From Okamejei kenojei (Eukaryota), in NCBI GenBank assembly GCA_035221665.1, contig CM069145.1:39308001-39372000 (forward strand): DNA of 64,000 nucleotides. Direction: 5' to 3'. Below the pieces are notes generated by a model, which saw only the letters and a program-made list of their open reading frames with translations, made no database searches and was not told the origin of the DNA. Made by a program: the position numbers and the translations under genes. Shown piece by piece: positions 62,721 through 64,000 of this stretch (position 1 is its first letter; every line of letters starts with the position of its first letter).

Positions 62721-64000
62721 GTAGAAACATAGTGGAGGCCAAATGACTTGGTCTTTGTTCTCGTGGATGTTAGAATTGGTTTCTGTATTTCCTACAAAAG
62801 AGATTACTCTTCAAGAGTGTTCCATTATCCAAAAAAAATGCTTTGGGATGTATGTAAACACAATAATGTAATTTTCACTAAATTTTACTTTTGATAAGAA
62901 TTAGACAAATTTTCATTGAGCAATTCTCAATTGAATACATTTAGTGAAGAACTGTTTAATGCTCTTCCACCACCGTAAGAGCAGAAGACGTCACAGAAGT
63001 TAGTCTGTATCAAATCTGCCATACATTTTTATTGTATGCTGTTCAGAGGAAATATATTTTAAAAAGTAGAGAAAACAAATCATTTTATAAATTTGTAACG
63101 GACTATTAAGGAATCTCGATTTTGATAACCCATAAATGCTGAAGGGAACATCAAAAAGAACAATCTGTTGTCTCGGGGAAGGCGTGCTTTACCAATGCCT
63201 ACTTCTATAATACTTTACACTTTAACTCCTGGGGTTGGTAGTAGGATTTGAAAAATGACTTTTTATTCCCCTCATCTTTCCACTCTCACAGGTAAAACAT
63301 TTACAACCAATGGTGTGTTGTCTTGCATTTATAAACTTTTCCGCAAATTAAAAAAAAATGCCGCTGCTTCTAAAACAAAAACCGTAAATGCTGGGACTGC
63401 TGAGCAGGTCAGGCTGTATCTGTAGGGGAGAGAAACGATCAACGTTTCAGGTCGGGGTTCCTTTTCAAAACTGAAAAGAAGACCAAAAATAAGTTTGTAA
63501 AGCTGCAGGGCGGCTGGGGAAGATGGATGTCTCTTACAGAGTAGAACCGCTGTGACCATGGGGGATAAGATTTTTTTTTTTCCCCTTTGGAATGGAGAGC
63601 ATGCCTAGCCTGATCCGCTGGGCTTGTCTTCCTGCTCTTAATTTTTCAACTCAAGTTATTTTACCTCGCCCACTAACCACTCCCAGTTGCACATTAACCA
63701 GGTAAGCTTGTCCACAACTTATCATCATGGTCAGCCCAGTTTTACTCTATTGGGAACAACTTTCCCTATAGCTTTATAACATTCTTATGTCTCCTTTTCA
63801 GTTTTGTCAGTCATCGACTTGAAACGTCGACTGTTTCTCTTTGTACAGACGCAACCCAAGTATTTCCAGCATTTTTGTTATTTTTGTTGCCCTCATTTCT
63901 GTCCATCTCCACTCTTCCTTTTCGTTCCTTCCCTAACTATATACAAAAGATTGTTCCTAGATTTCCTCCAATGTTGTTCGACATTAAAAAAAAATAGGAA

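Overview
Eukaryotic (vertebrate) genomic DNA. The repeat content (tRNA-headed V-domain SINEs with CR1-type tails, CR1, Penelope-like, Rex1/Babar-like and L1 elements) points to a cartilaginous fish, probably a skate or ray; this is inference. The only host gene I can support is SLC25A28 (mitoferrin-2, mitochondrial iron importer) on the + strand. It has a CpG-island promoter at ~28.6-29.8 kb and coding exons at 29420-29806, 57825-58053 and 62061-62117; the last exon lies beyond the window. The first 28 kb and the 28-kb intron 1 are dominated by transposons, many nested, several with readable target-site duplications (TSDs). Most notable observations: (1) a very abundant Penelope-derived short repeat carrying a minimal hammerhead-ribozyme-like core with an extra A, often in head-to-head palindromes and apparently carried inside a TIR element; (2) a candidate frameshifting micro-exon with two donors in SLC25A28 intron 2; (3) a perfect 36-bp inverted repeat covering a CAG|GTAAG donor in intron 1; (4) an asymmetric-inverted-repeat element inside an L1; (5) a non-coding retroposon family with an expanded GC-rich core. 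Family assignments come from motif recognition only; no database search was run, and most repeat boundaries are approximate.
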